Source of the DNA: Rebecca billardiae RCC1528
Taxonomy: Eukaryota; Protista; Haptophyta
Assembly: GCA_965240325.2 (NCBI GenBank)
Contig: OZ251222.1
Coordinates: 2,728,001 to 2,792,000, forward strand
DNA: 64,000 nt
Reading direction: 5' to 3'
Part shown: piece after piece, positions 32,170 to 44,985 of the stretch
Position numbering within the stretch: position 1 is the first letter of the stretch
Layout of the letters: each line of letters opens with the position of its first letter
The notes under the pieces: model-generated
Told to the model about the DNA's origin: nothing
What the model saw: the letters and a program-made list of their open reading frames with translations, nothing else
Databases searched by the model: none
Program-made: the position numbers and the translations under genes

Positions 32170-32332
32170 GTGAGAGAGTCATATGGTCCGGACGCGGCCC
32201 GGTCCGGGATGCCGACAATTCGCTCATAACCCGGTCCGCCGTCATTACGTTACTATAAGTGTGTGTTTGGGTCACGCAGTGAGCTCGCGCCCGTCCGTCC
32301 CCACGGGACCTACACTGTGATTGGTCCATGCT

Positions 32333-32476
<144 letters not shown>

Positions 32477-32612
32477 CACACTATATGACAGTAGTCTTAG
32501 TAGCAGGCGGTAGTGTAGACTCGAATAGGCAGCTCGCTGATGATGATAACATAAGTTGACGATACTGTATCTTGATGATGCCGCGCAATGGTGAATGGAG
32601 CTCAAGTCTGAG

Positions 32613-35600
32613 TCAAGAACTGCTGTCACTGTCCTTCCCAAACACCACCACAATCTTCGCCCGGCGCGCGATCTCTTTCCCGCCACTTCGCGACGCAGCG
32701 CGATGCTCCTCGAGCGCCTGTCAGGCGAGCGACACGCAGCAGCACAGCAGCGGGTAAGCATCAGCTGCCACGTGCGTCGCAGTGCGCGCAATGGGGTCTG
32801 CAGACACATTCCGCGTGCTGGCGCATACCTCTCTCGCCGGCCACATGTAGTCGCACTTGCCGGCGCAGCGGAAGGTCTTTGGCCCCTGGGAGGTGTAGAT
32901 GGTGTTCCAGTGCCCGCACGTCGCCCCGTCTGCGCGTGGGCTTGGACCGGACGCCTCATTGCGTCTCCCACAGCCACGGCAGCGCCAGCTCGTGCTGCGC
33001 ACGGCGTCCTCTCGCCGGAACTGCGCGATCTTGTCGGCGCACCAATCTGCCTCCGAGGTCTGCGAGAGCAGCCGCCGGAGCTCGGACGCCTTGCTTACCA
33101 CGCCAGGCGGGCGCTGGTCGAGCACGGAGAAGAAAGGGATAAAGTTCACATTCGCGGCTATCGCCCCCTCGATTTCGAAGATGTGTCCCGTATTGAATTC
33201 AGAGTTCACGGCCTGAACCAGGCGCCTCGTGTTCAATTTGGACTTGCTCACACCCAGGGGATTCGAGAGGAGGCCAGGGCTGAATGTGCTCACCTCGGCG
33301 TCTGCCGCCTGCGGGATCACCCCCAGGATGCGCATGCCCGCCGAGATGCCGCTGACATCCGCCGCCAGAGATGCGATCAGGTCGTCATGCTGCCCCTCGA
33401 CGAGCACGCCGCACGTTGAGCGCGTGGCCTCGATGAGCTCGTGCACTCTGCCGCGGCTGAGGTCGACGATGTCCTTCGGAAGCCACCATGCCGGCATGGC
33501 CTCCATCGCGCTCCACAAGCGCGTCTGCGGGTCCTTGAACCTCCCGTCTGGCATCTGCAGGAGTCGAGGGGGCAAGGCAGGGCGACGTCCATAGTTCAAC
33601 AACGCAGCACCGGGCGCATGCGCAAACGGCCAGCAGGTCGCACTTGTTCAGGGGCGAGAGGCGCGCGTGTGGGGCTTCGGGCGGCCTCACCTGGAGCCCA
33701 AGCTCGAGGGCGCGAAGGTCGAGGTGCTTCGGGATGAGCAGGCCGCCGAGCTGCGTGCCATCCGCGGTTGAGACGAGCTTGATCTTGATGTTGCCGCTCA
33801 GGCACGTGGCGATGCGCGGCCAGATCTTGAAGACCTGTGCGGGGAGAGGGCAGAACGCGCACCTCGCATGTCAAACACAGCAAGGGCACTGCGATCCGCG
33901 CGGGCGCGGGCGCTCACCGAGCCGACGAGCAGGTGCATCTCGACCTTGTGCAGGTTGTCCGCCATGGCTTGCTGCAAGACGCCGTCCCAGTACCGGCCCC
34001 ACTGCGCAAAGTGCGGCCCGTCCACGAAGATCACCTGCCAGTTGCGGGAAATCTGCGCGCCGGTCAGCGGGCGCGGCATGCTCCGGTTGTGCGGCATGAC
34101 CACGCGGTACGAGCCGTGCTCGCTGCCCGCCGTCGCGTCCCGCAGCATGACCAGCGCCATCTGGTGCGTCCACTTCTCGAGGCAGAAGGCGGCGGTCGGC
34201 ATGCCACCGTGCCGCGCGATGTGCTGGCGTCGCAGCTCGTCAGCGGCGGCGAAGCCGATGGACTGGTCCACCTCGATGGTCTTGGCGCTCACGCGCGTCG
34301 AGCTGTTGGAGTAGAGCTCCCGCGTGCGCACGATGCGCGTCTCGCGCGACGAGAGCTTCTCGAGGCCGACCTGCTTGGCCGCCTTGCTGCTCGAGGCGCA
34401 CGCGATCGCCAGCTCGATCAGCCGCGGCTGGTGCTCGATGGGCACTACGAGGATCGAGTTGAGGAAGCTGTCCACCGACGTGATGGACGACGTGATCGCG
34501 GGGCTGAGGACGTTGCCGAACGAAGGGTGCGAGCAGTTGACGCTGTCAAACCACGACTGCATCTGCGCCGTGCGGCCGCCCCACGTATATGCCAGCTGTC
34601 GCGTGAACGCTGAGGGAACACAGGCGCAGGCAGGGGCACGGGTTGCGCGCGAGATGAGCAGCCGCCACCCTCACCCCCTCCCCCCGGCGCGCGCGAGGGC
34701 GCGCGCCCCGAGGCGCGCGAAGGCACGCACTCGTGATCTCGGAGCCGGTGAGCTTCTCGACGCCGCTCGACATGCCGAAGAGGCCGACCTCGCCCGAGCT
34801 CGCGCGCCGGTCGCCCTTGGTGAGCGCGCCGAGCGACTCGAGGCGCTTGGCGATCACGCCGGCGACGCGCTTCTCGGAGGAGCAGTCCGAGGTGATGACG
34901 ATGTACTCGGGCGGCGTCACCTGGTTGGTGCGGTGCGTGCGGCCGAACGACTGCACGACGCGCGCGGCCGACCAGCCGAGCTCGGGGCAGATGTGCACGC
35001 GCCGCTGCTGGTTGAGCTCGGTCTTGTCCGCGTGCAGCGACGCGCCGGTGGCGCCCGCGTCGGTGATGATGGCGATGCGCTTGACGCCCGACTGGAACGC
35101 CTTGCGCTCGCGCACGTTGAGCGAGTCGATGTCGGCGCTCGCGCCCGTCGCCGTGCGCGGCACGTACTCGAACTTGGGCTGCCACTGCGCCGGCGCGGCC
35201 GGCACCGAGCCCTCGGCCGGCGCCGAGCGCTTGAGCAGCCGCTTGCTCCGGCCGGACATCTCCGCGACGCACTCCGGGCCGAAGTAGTTGACGAGCTCGT
35301 CGAGGCAGCACGGCGGCAGCGTGAGCCGACCGAGCCGCTCGCGCGCGCGCGCCGCGATGGCCGCGAGCCCGCCCGTGGGCGTGGCCGAGTGGTCGGCCAT
35401 GTGCTGCAGCGCGCACTGCACAATGTCACGGACCGTGCTCACGAGCGCGTCCGCGCCGCCCTCGCCGGCGAGCGAGCGCTGCGTCGACTCGTCGCCCGTG
35501 GAGAAGAGGCAGATCACGACCGAGTGCCCCGCGCGCAGCGCCTTGCGCGTCTGCGCCTTGATCTCGCGCGCCTTGATGCCGAGGAGCAGCTGCTCGAAGC

Positions 35601-37986
35601 TGCGGCCGAGCGCGCGCGTGAGCCCCGCGCGCTTGTACCCGCCGCCCGAGAATTGAAACTGGCGGTTGTACGTGTGCACGTCGTCGAGCAGGAGGCGCCA
35701 GAAGACCGCGAGCTCGTCGTACATCGCCCGATCCGCGTCGGTGAGCTTGAGGCAGACCGACGTGAGCGAGACGCCGCGGAAGCCGAGCGAGCGCGCGATG
35801 TACGCGCCCTCCGACTTGAGCGAGACGGCGAGCATCTCGAGCGCGCCCGCCGAGTTGGAGAGCACGCTCGAGACGTCCTTGGCGGTGGAGAAGGCGCAGC
35901 CCGAGCCCCACAGGCCGAGGCGCGACATGTACGTCATGTCGTCGAAGCGCGTGGCGCCTGTCGCGCTCAGGTACACGACGCGCGCCTGCGCGTGCAGCTG
36001 CTGCAGCTCGATCACCGCGCGGCCGACGACGCCGGTGCTCGCCGCCTTGGCGCGGTGCGACTCGTCGAACGCGAGCAGCCCGTCGAAGGACGAGCCGCCG
36101 AGCCACGCGCACAGCTGGTCGCGGCGCGCGGCGATCGTCAGCTGCGAGTAGGGCACGACGAGCACGCCCTCGTCCAGCCGGCTGGCGATGGACGCGCCCT
36201 GCGGCACCTTGCTGATCAGCATCGCCGGGATGTGGCCTGCGCCGATGTCGCGCAGGTCGCGGTTCGCGTCGAGCAGCAGGTCGGCGTTCGCCGTGAACCA
36301 CGCGTTGCGCTTGCGGCCGCGGAGCCAGTTCTCCCAGCACAGCGCCGCGGTCTCGCGCCCCTTGCCCACGCCCGTGCCGTCGCCGATGAAGAACCCCGCG
36401 CGCGCGCCCGACGGCAGCCGCTGCTCGTGCCGCTGGCACGCGTACACGACCGCCTCGAGCTGCACGCGCGAGAGCACGCCCGAGCCGAGCGCCTCGCGCG
36501 GCAGCAGCAGCGAGTAGCTCACGTCGGGCGGCTCGATCGTCGCGAGCGTCGCGGACTCGACCACGTGGTCCTCGTGCGGCGGGCCGAACGGCAGCTTCCA
36601 CGGCTTGTACTCCTGGAACGCGTCCTCCGCGCTCTCCTCCGCCTGCGGCTGCTCGGCGCCGTCGCCGCCGCCCGCCTGCTCCTTGGCTGCGGCCGCGACC
36701 GCGTCCGTCTGCGCCTGCTCCGTCTCGCGCTGGGAGAGAGACTCGACGACAGTGTCGCCGCCCGCGCCGAGCGGGTTCGCCGCCGAGCCGCCCTCCCCAC
36801 TCGCCACCAGCGCGTTCGTTCCGCCGCTCGAGCCTGCCGGCGCCGCCGCGCCGCCGCGCGCGTTCGCTCCGGCGGGCGCGGGCTCGTCCTCCTCGTCCTG
36901 GTCCTCTTCGAGGAAGCGCATCGCCGCAGGCGCGGCGGCGGCGGGCTGCGCCTGCGGCGGCGGCGGCGCGCCGTCGACGCGGGCCGATGCGCTTGGCATG
37001 CGCCCGAGCGGCTGCGCGACGACGAGTGCGCCCGCGCCCGCGGTGGGCACTGGCGCAAGGCTCAGCGCGCCCGCGGCTGCGGGCGTGGAGACGCTCGACG
37101 GCATCACGGCGAGCCGCGGCGCGCCGTCCATCGGCGGTGCGGCGAGTGCGGGCACGCCCTGAGACGCGATCGGCATGCCAACGACCGGGGCCGGCGACGA
37201 CTCCGCGCGCGCGCGCTTCGGTGCGTGCGCCTCAGCCTCGCCCTCGTTGTCACGCTTCTTGTCAGCGCCGTCGCAGACGTCGTCGTGGTCGAGGTCCATG
37301 ACCGAGCCGTCCACGTCCGCTCCGAGGTGCGAGTCGTCCTCCGACTCGCCACGGGGAGAGCTGGCGCCGTTGAAAGAGGGCTGTGACGGCGTGGGCACCT
37401 GCGGCGACGCCACGTCGCCCTCCTTCGTGCTCGCAGCAGGCGCGCGCCGGCTGGTGCGAGCGGCACTCGCGACTGCGTCGAGCGCACGCACTTCAGCAAA
37501 GCGGGCGGGCCACGCGTGCTTGGCGTGCGCGGCGCCGGAAGACGGCAGAGCCGGCGAGATCGCCCGCTGTAGGGCCACGAGCGCGTCCTCGAGAAGGCGG
37601 ATGCCCTCGCCATCATCAGCCGACAGCCGCGGGCCCGCGGTGGCGGCGTCGCGCAGCGCATGCGCCCAACACTCATGGTACGTCGTCCACTGCTCGACGC
37701 GAAGCTGATCCTTGACGGCGGACTCGACGTCGAGCATGCACTGCGCCAGTACCGCGAGCGCCGGGTCGCCCGCGTCGGCTTCCGCACCGAGCCGCTCGAC
37801 GTACTTGCGCTGCAGCCACGACCACTTGCTCTTGACAGCGGTCCATGGGAGATCGTTCTCGATGGCGATGAGGCCCTCGACGACGGCGTCCACGCGCGTC
37901 TTCGCACCCCTGAGCCGTGCCGTCGATGCCTCCGCGGCGCCGGCGTGGCCGCCGCCGTCGGGCGTCGACGCGTTGCGCGTTCGCAT
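32613..37986 (-). CDS. SBNO: Strawberry notch (SBNO)-family helicase-like protein; predicted exons 37986-34731, 34609-33918, 33834-33691, 33554-32829, 32717-32613
   Basis: [64 protein letters not shown]...[47 protein letters not shown]...GLLIP. The last two exons are inferred from splice sites and frame. Confidence 0.9.
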
Positions 37987-38292
37987 GGGCTGCTCGCTCC
38001 GTCGTGCGCCAACAGCGCGATGACCAGTGCGACCGCCAACGACACGACCGCAACAAGGCACAAGGGCGTGTGCCGATCATCCGGAATGCACTTGGTTTTT
38101 CTTTGCCCATCCGGACCGGGAGTTCTCCGGTTGTCCGGAGGCTTCCCGGATTGGTGGCTTGCCTCGTGGGCTCGTGGCGCAAGAGGCCGAGCAGGTGCGT
38201 GCGATTGGGAGCGCGGGCGCCGAGGCGCGCGCGGGTGTGCGCGCGGGGGGAGGGAGGGGCACAGCACGCGCACGCCGGCAGCCGCGACGGGC

Positions 38293-38373
38293 GCGCAGAT
38301 GAGGACAAAACATGTTCAGTTCTGCTTCTGACTTCAAGTGAAGACCATCCATGTCCAACTCCCGATGCTGCGC
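38293..38373 (+). ncRNA. Box C/D snoRNA, U38/snR61-like
   Basis: Terminal stem GCGCAG/CTGCGC; C-like ATGAGGA (38299), D' CTGA (38328), C' GTGAAGA (38338), D-like CCGA (38362). The 11-nt guide CAGTTCTGCTT is complementary to the conserved LSU rRNA AAGCAGAACTG. Confidence 0.7.
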
Positions 38374-38680
38374 TGGCGGTCGCAGCGGCGGCGGCGCGGG
38401 GGCGCCCGGCGGGATGGGCACGCGAGATGCGGCACGCGCTGAGTGTGGTGGACGGCACGCGTGACTCCACAAGCTAATAGCCGCACGCGACGCACTCGTG
38501 CGCGTGCGGTTACAATGCTGGAGGAGACTGTGCTGGAAATCGAACGCGGCTGCCCTCGCTGACAAGGCCGAGCCGGCCGCTTTGCACCTTCCTGACAACA
38601 GCTCGAGGGGCGGGACGCTCATGCCCGACGCGCCGCGCCCCTCCCCTCGCCACCCATCGTGCCCGCCGCGCGCCCGCAGG

Positions 38681-38939
38681 ATGCCGTCCCACAAGCGCCT
38701 CAAGACGAAGATCACGCTGGCGAAGAAGATGAAGCAGAACCGGCCGATCCCGCAGTGGATCCGCCTCCGCACCGACAACAAGATTCGGTGCGCGGCGGCG
38801 CGGTCGCGCGCCGCAGCATCGCGGCCGGCCCGCAGCGCCACGTACGCACGCCGGCGCTCACATCGCTCCCCGCACCCGTCCCGCGCACAGGTACAACATG
38901 AAGCGGAGGCATTGGCGCCGCACCAAGCTCGGCCTGTAA
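38681..38939 (+). CDS. RPL39: 60S ribosomal protein L39; intron 38788-38890
   Basis: MPSHK...[24 protein letters not shown]|[15 protein letters not shown]. Confidence 0.98.
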
Positions 38940-41466
38940 AGCCGCACGGGCCCGCGGGCCACGTGCGGGGGCAGCAGCGTGTGGCTGGATGCTCTGGGTC
39001 GCGCAGCGCGACGCGCACGCGCTGCACGGCCTCGGTCACGAATCGCCACTCGAGCAACCGCGGCTTCGTTCGCATCACTACGCCGGCCATCTCGAGGCGA
39101 GCGCTGCATTCCCATGGGCCGCCGCCGCCGGTGAGTCGGAGAGTGAGTGTCGGCTCGCGACATGTACGTAAGCGATACAGTAAAACGTCGCGGCGCGGCG
39201 CGCACATTCCGATTATCGGCCGTATGGCGTATCGCCCCTAATCATCAGTTTCACTCTGTTTCTGAGTCTCAGTGACATGATGAACCGCACTCCGCAGGCT
39301 GGATTCCCGGATCACTCACGGATCAGGATGGCGGATCGGATCGGGGCTGATCCGCGATCCGGGCGCGGGCGCTCAGCCCGCGGCCGTGGGTCGCCCGCCC
39401 CCGGCGTCGGCGACCGACTGAGTTTATTTGTCGTCAGCCTGATGCAAATCGCAACGGCAATCCGCCATCCGGAAATTGACATCCGGCATCCGGCATCCGC
39501 CGCCGATTACAGTCGCCCGCCGCATCGGCCGTCGGGGCCGGTCGTACCAGGCCTAATAAGGCTAAGTCGATCAGCCCGTCGACTGGCGTCCGGCGCGTCC
39601 GCGCGTCCGGCGTCACGCACGGTCGCACCCGCCGCGGCGGCCTGAATCACCCGGTGGGACCGGTGTGCCACTCTGTCCGCCGGGCCCGGTGGGCGGTATA
39701 TGCGTCGTAATATATATATTAAGCAACCGGCCGTGCGGCCCGTGCCGGGCGTGCGGCGGCGCGCGGCCCGCGCGCCCACCCGGGCTACCGCCGGCCCGCC
39801 CGCGGCCCGGCGAGCCCGGCCGGTTAAGACTGTCGTGACCGTCGGGAGACGAAGCGTAAATGTCACTACGTATTTCGTTGCCAGCGGGACCGATCAGCGG
39901 AGCCTTATCGGCCCTGATGATGACACTTACTTAAACCAGCCGCGCAGTCCTGACCGAGAGTGACCCTGAGTAGTGAGTGCCCTGCTGCCAGTTCGGCAGT
40001 CCGCGATCCCGCTCGCGTAGCGACCGGGCAACGGCCAGCGGCAGGGCGACCCGCATCCTGATTGATTAGCTGAATCATGCTGATTGATGTCAGCGTGCAG
40101 CGGGTCCCAGCGGCACTGGAATCGGACCTTCCTCACAGTGGTAGCAGTACTGTCATACTCAAGCTACGGACTGCGAAGTATAGGCCGAGGGCTGTGCTGT
40201 CTAAAGTATACGGTAAATACGGACGATGACTTCCAATGGGCACACGCCGACACGCGGACGCCGGGCCGACGCCGGGCCGGGGACGGTATTGGCTGGCTAG
40301 TGCCCGCGGCTACTAGCTTACCGACTCAAGGAGTCTCCGGCGACACTAGGGCAGGGAGCGGGTCCACTGACTGGCGAGTGGCCACGGCGAGAAGCCAACA
40401 GTCCGCATGCGGCATGTTGCAACCGCAGTCGCGTGGTTCTGATTGAGTCCGGCCGGCCGCACGGGCACGCCGTCGTTGTATGCTCGGTAGGCGCCGTCGA
40501 GGAGCTTCCCGTATGGCCCGGCAACCCGGCTAGCGCGGAACATGACGATGACAGCAGAGTCTTGGAGTGCTCTGCTCATTGCGCGTCACTCTTAGTCTCG
40601 TGGTCTGCCGCAAGTCTGGCCGCAAGTCTTGAGCTATCCGTCTTCCAAAGCTCCACTCGCCCGCCGCGGATGTTCAGGAGCCCCGGCCCCTCAACCCCTC
40701 AACCGGGCGACAGCCCGTTAACGAAGCCGAGCATGCGAGCTGTTCACAACGCGCTCACATGCGAACGCCTGCACCATCTCAGCTGGCCCCAGTCGCCCTG
40801 GGGCCAGTCACCACTGTCCACTCCAAGGCGCTGCTACGTGTATCATCGTTGTACTACTGTTTTGTGTAAGGTATTGACGGAGAGTCTTGACTCGGTGTCC
40901 CAGCATGTCCGCATGCTGCTAGCCGCCAGGCTTCGGCCCGGGTCCCAAGAGTGAAGTCAGCTGTAAGCTCGACATACATGCCGCCTGGCGGCCTCGCAGG
41001 AATTTGGCCCGGCTCAGCAGCGACCTGGCCTGTTCCGGCACTGGCGAGCGCGGACTGCTCGATCAGAGCTCGGCACGTACTGTACGCGGCTGAGGGGGCA
41101 GGGCATGAGATCAAGAGTAACACGGCCACACTCGGCAAGACGACTGCTCACCAAGGAACGTTCGTGTGATCAGGCCAGTCAAGCCTGAGGAGGGGAGGAG
41201 GCACCGCGGCGGCCGGGCCGCCATCTTGCTTGATGTCAAGTGTCAACGGCCCGTTCACATCGTAAATCAAGGTCATGCAGAGTTCAGAGTACTGGGGGTA
41301 GTGTTCATCAATACTCTTCATTCACAGCAGCAAAGGAATGTTCATGATCAAATGTGATGTCAGACTCACTCGTTCGGTCGGAACTGAACGGCTGTGGACC
41401 TTGGCTGGACGCCGCCGCTGCTCAAGTCGGCAAGGTCACCATCGTCAGCGTCACCGGTCGTTGCCG

Positions 41467-42936
41467 ATGCTCGCCTTCGTGCAAAAGGGCCTCGAAACGC
41501 TCAAGAAGTCCATCGAGGAGGGCAGGCTGGCCGTCGGCGGTGACCGCCACGAGATCGCCACACGCCCCGCCAAAGCGGCTGACGTGCCGATCGCGCGCGG
41601 TGCGACGAAGAAGTCGAAGCGGCGCAGCGGCGGCTCGGATGCTGGCCGTGCGGCCAAGGTGCCGCGACCTGCACCAGTTGCGAAGCCGAAGGTGGGCGCG
41701 CGCGTGTACATCATGCGGGCGAACCTTCGCGAGGGCTTCATCGTCCTGACGAACGACGGGCGCGAGAGCGGCAGCATCGGCGGCTGGACCTTGCGCAGCG
41801 GAGCGACTGGGAGCGTCGTTTACAAACTGCCGGAGGGCACAGCGATCGAGGCGCGCACCGCGCTGGTGCTGCTGGCGCCGGGTGGCGAGACGCCCGAGGC
41901 GTTCAAGCACGACTACGTCAAGGAGCTCCGCTCCTCCCGCGCGTGGCCGGACGCGCTCCTCCTCCACGACGCCGACGGCACGGTCGTGGACGGCGAGGTG
42001 GACATCAACAGCGCCTCGTCGACACCGTACGGCGCGCTGGTCGGCAGGGCGGAGAACTACTACCGCGAGCTGGTTTCGCAGCTGGTCTCGCAGCGGCTCT
42101 TCGCCAAGTCGCCCGGCATGGTGGGCCCCTCGAACGTCAGCGCGGAGAGCGTGCGCTTCACGTACGACACGAGGACGGTGTGCGCGCGCGCGGGCGTGCC
42201 GCGCGCTGCAGCGGTGGCACGCGCGCGAGTCCACGTTGGCGCGCGCACGACCAGCGGCCGCGCTTGCATCCTGCGCGCCGCGCGCTGCCCTTGAGGCCCG
42301 CGTCGCGCCCCCGCCCCCCGCTCGCAGCACATGATCACACTCGTCGAGCAGTTCGCAGCCCACCTCGTGCACGCGTGCGCGACCGAGGACAGCGCAGACG
42401 CGACGGCGGTGGCCGTCTGCTCGGCGGTCGAGGACGCGCTCCCTGCGTGCGATGTGCAGCGCCGCGCGGTGGCGGAGGTCGCGCGCAGCGCGGAGCACAC
42501 GCAGCTCTTCCTCATGAACGACGCCGACGCGCAGAAGGTCGCGGACGCGCGCTACACCGCCGACGCGGACGCGCCCCGGCTGACGTGGGAAGGCGTGCAC
42601 GCGCTCGCGGTCGCCATCGACTACTTCCTCGTGCGTGCACGCGCGCTGCGCCGCGCGCCCCGCCCCCGTCGAGCCGGGCGCGAGAGCGGCGGCGTGCCCG
42701 CGCCCGCGCGCGCTCCTCGCCGATCGCAGGTCGAGCTGATCGAGACGGTTGCGACCATCGCGTACGCGGAGACCACCAACCCGTCCGCGCAGGGCGACGC
42801 GCACAAGCACACGAGCGACTTTTGCTTTGGCGCGCTCGACAGGCTCAGCCTGCAGATGGCCATCCGCATGGACCCGGATCTGAACAAGATCTGCGCGGCT
42901 GTCGACTCGCGGCCTGCCCGTGTGTCGACGAGCTGA
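41467..42936 (+). CDS. Lamin-tail-domain + tandem H2B/H2A histone-fold protein (406 aa); exons 41467-42177, 42328-42630, 42730-42936
   Basis: LTD-like FIVLTN...SIGGWTL...YKLP; H2B-like MITLVEQF...AVEDALP...RAVAEV; H2A-like LAVAIDYFLVELIE...LQMAIRMDPDLNKI; two phase-0 GT-AG introns. Confidence 0.75.
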
Positions 42937-43751
42937 GCAGCGGCATGCACCGCCGCATCGGGCTCGGGCGCCAGTCGGACTCGGTCTCGGACTCCCGAGG
43001 AGCAGGGAGCTGCGCCATATGCAGTATAATGCACCGGGCCCGGCTCCGCTGCCAGAGTGGCATCATGACTGCACTTTGCAGCCCGGAGCCTCGCGTGACA
43101 CGTCTCACTCACAGTCTCACTCAGCCACTCCGGGCCCTCTGATCGACTACTCGGTCAGTACGGACTCAGTACCGGACTCACCGACACCGTACTATAATTC
43201 TGATTTCTGTGCGAATTACGGCGGCCGTGCCACGTCCCGCGGTCCGCGCGGTCGGACCGTGACTGTGTGAGTGTGTGACTGTGAAATTGAATCGTGTTCC
43301 GATCGAATGAGACTGAGAAGTGAGAGTACTCGTAACCGTGATCATCCCGTCGCCGCACGCCGTCGGCGTCGGTCCGCCGTGCCCGGGCGTCTAGTCGTGT
43401 TCGGACGTCGAACTGTCACTCAGTCAGAATAACTACTGATAGTTGTGCGCGAGCTAGTACTCAGTCCACGCCGCACTGAGCTCACGGCGGCACAGTTTTC
43501 AGTACTGCTGGCCGCCGCCCACGCGCCACAGGCACAGCGGCCCGCAATCGCATCTGCCGCGACGACAGGCGTCGCCGTCGGTGCGCGGAGTCTAGGCCGT
43601 GGGCACGGCCAGAGCTGCCACCCACGATGAGAGACGGCAGCATCATCTCGTTGCCATGCACGGCAGATGTCGACTGCAGCGGATGACCGCCCCAGCCTGG
43701 CCCGTCGTCCCACCACTCCGGAAGAAGGATGCATCGCTCGATGCCCACGGC

Positions 43752-44638
43752 TCAGGCACACACCATGGCCTTTGACGCGAGGCTCTGGGCGAAGCGCGAG
43801 CTGAGCTTGTTGGCCTTGCGCGCGGTGCGCTTCGCCGCCTGCGCCTTGCGCAGCGCCGCGCGCTGCTTGTGCGCGTTCCGGAACGCCCGGATCGGCGCGC
43901 GCACCGGTAGCGTCGCCCACGAGACCACCTTGCCCGTTCGTCTGAAGAGCCCGAACGTCCACTTGACCGCTTTCAACCGGCCGCGCACGTTGCGGATGAT
44001 CTCGCCGAGCCTGATCCGGCGGAAGAGCAGCCAGACCTGCGGCGCCGCGCGGGGCCACGGGCAGGTGGGGGCATCAAGCCCGCGCGCTCGCAACCCAGAG
44101 CCACGCGGCGAGGCGGAGGCGCCGCGCGCACCTTGACGCCGCGGTACCCGAGGAACGCGTTGAAGCCGAGGAGCACGGCCTGCACGACGACGACGCGGAC
44201 GATCCAGCTCTTGCCGGTCTGCACCTCCTGCACGACGTACTCCTGCTTCGCGTGCGACTCCTCCTCCAGCATCGCGAGCTCGGACACGTAGTTTCCGAGC
44301 AGCAGGAGGATCCCGATCACGAGTGCGTAGAAAGACCGCCTCCAGAACCGGCGCGCGCCCACCTCCCGGGCGCTGCTGGGCTGGGGGGGCGGCGAGGCCG
44401 GCGGCGAGGGCGTGCGGGGTGGTGGCGGCTTCTCGGCCACCTCCGGTAGCGCTTGTGCCACGCGAGCCGTGCCGATGCTCGGGCGCACCTCGATGCCCAT
44501 CTGCGCAGCCTGCTGCGGGTGCGACGCGAGGAAGCCGCGGATCTGCATCATCATCTCCTCGGTGCCTTTGGTCATCGAGCGCGTGAGGCTGATGCTCCGC
44601 TTCCGCGCCTCGCTCATGGGCTTCGCCTCGGACGCCAT
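43752..44638 (-). CDS. Hypothetical 2-TM membrane protein with basic C-terminus; intron 44131-44037
   Basis: Hydrophobic segments FYALVIGILLLLGNYV and IVRVVVVQAVLLGFNAFLG; a GT-AG intron joins two ORF-track frames. Confidence 0.65.
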
Positions 44639-44985
44639 GCTGCCCGGGTGACGCCTCGCTGGGCCGGGCCGCGCACGGGTTCGCCGCGGCCTCGCTGGCG
44701 TCGGTCCAAGCCTCGCTCACTGGCGCTGGCACTGCCTCAGCCGCTCAATTGAATTATTCGCCGTTCCGGAAATGGCCCGCGATCCGGACGCGAGCCGGCC
44801 GAACCGCGAATCCGACTCACCCCACGGTCCGGCGCTTCCGGACGGGCGTAATCATCATCACGCCCGGTCCGGGCCGCCCGGCTCCCGCTCCGCGCAGCAC
44901 CCTGGCTGGGCAGCAGCACAGCGCAATCGGGGCTCAGCAGGTGCTCTGCCCCCGAAGGCCTCGCCGAAGATCGCCTGCGGCCAGA

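Noticed and set aside
34324-37386. Very long ORFs opposite real genes (1020 aa here; also 48620-52045, 866-2563, 56435-58255)
   Set aside because: Arg/Ala-rich antisense shadows caused by the rarity of stop codons at high GC.
40300-41360. Short ORFs with coding-like patches
   Set aside because: No recognisable motif and frames are interrupted; probably an eroded relic.
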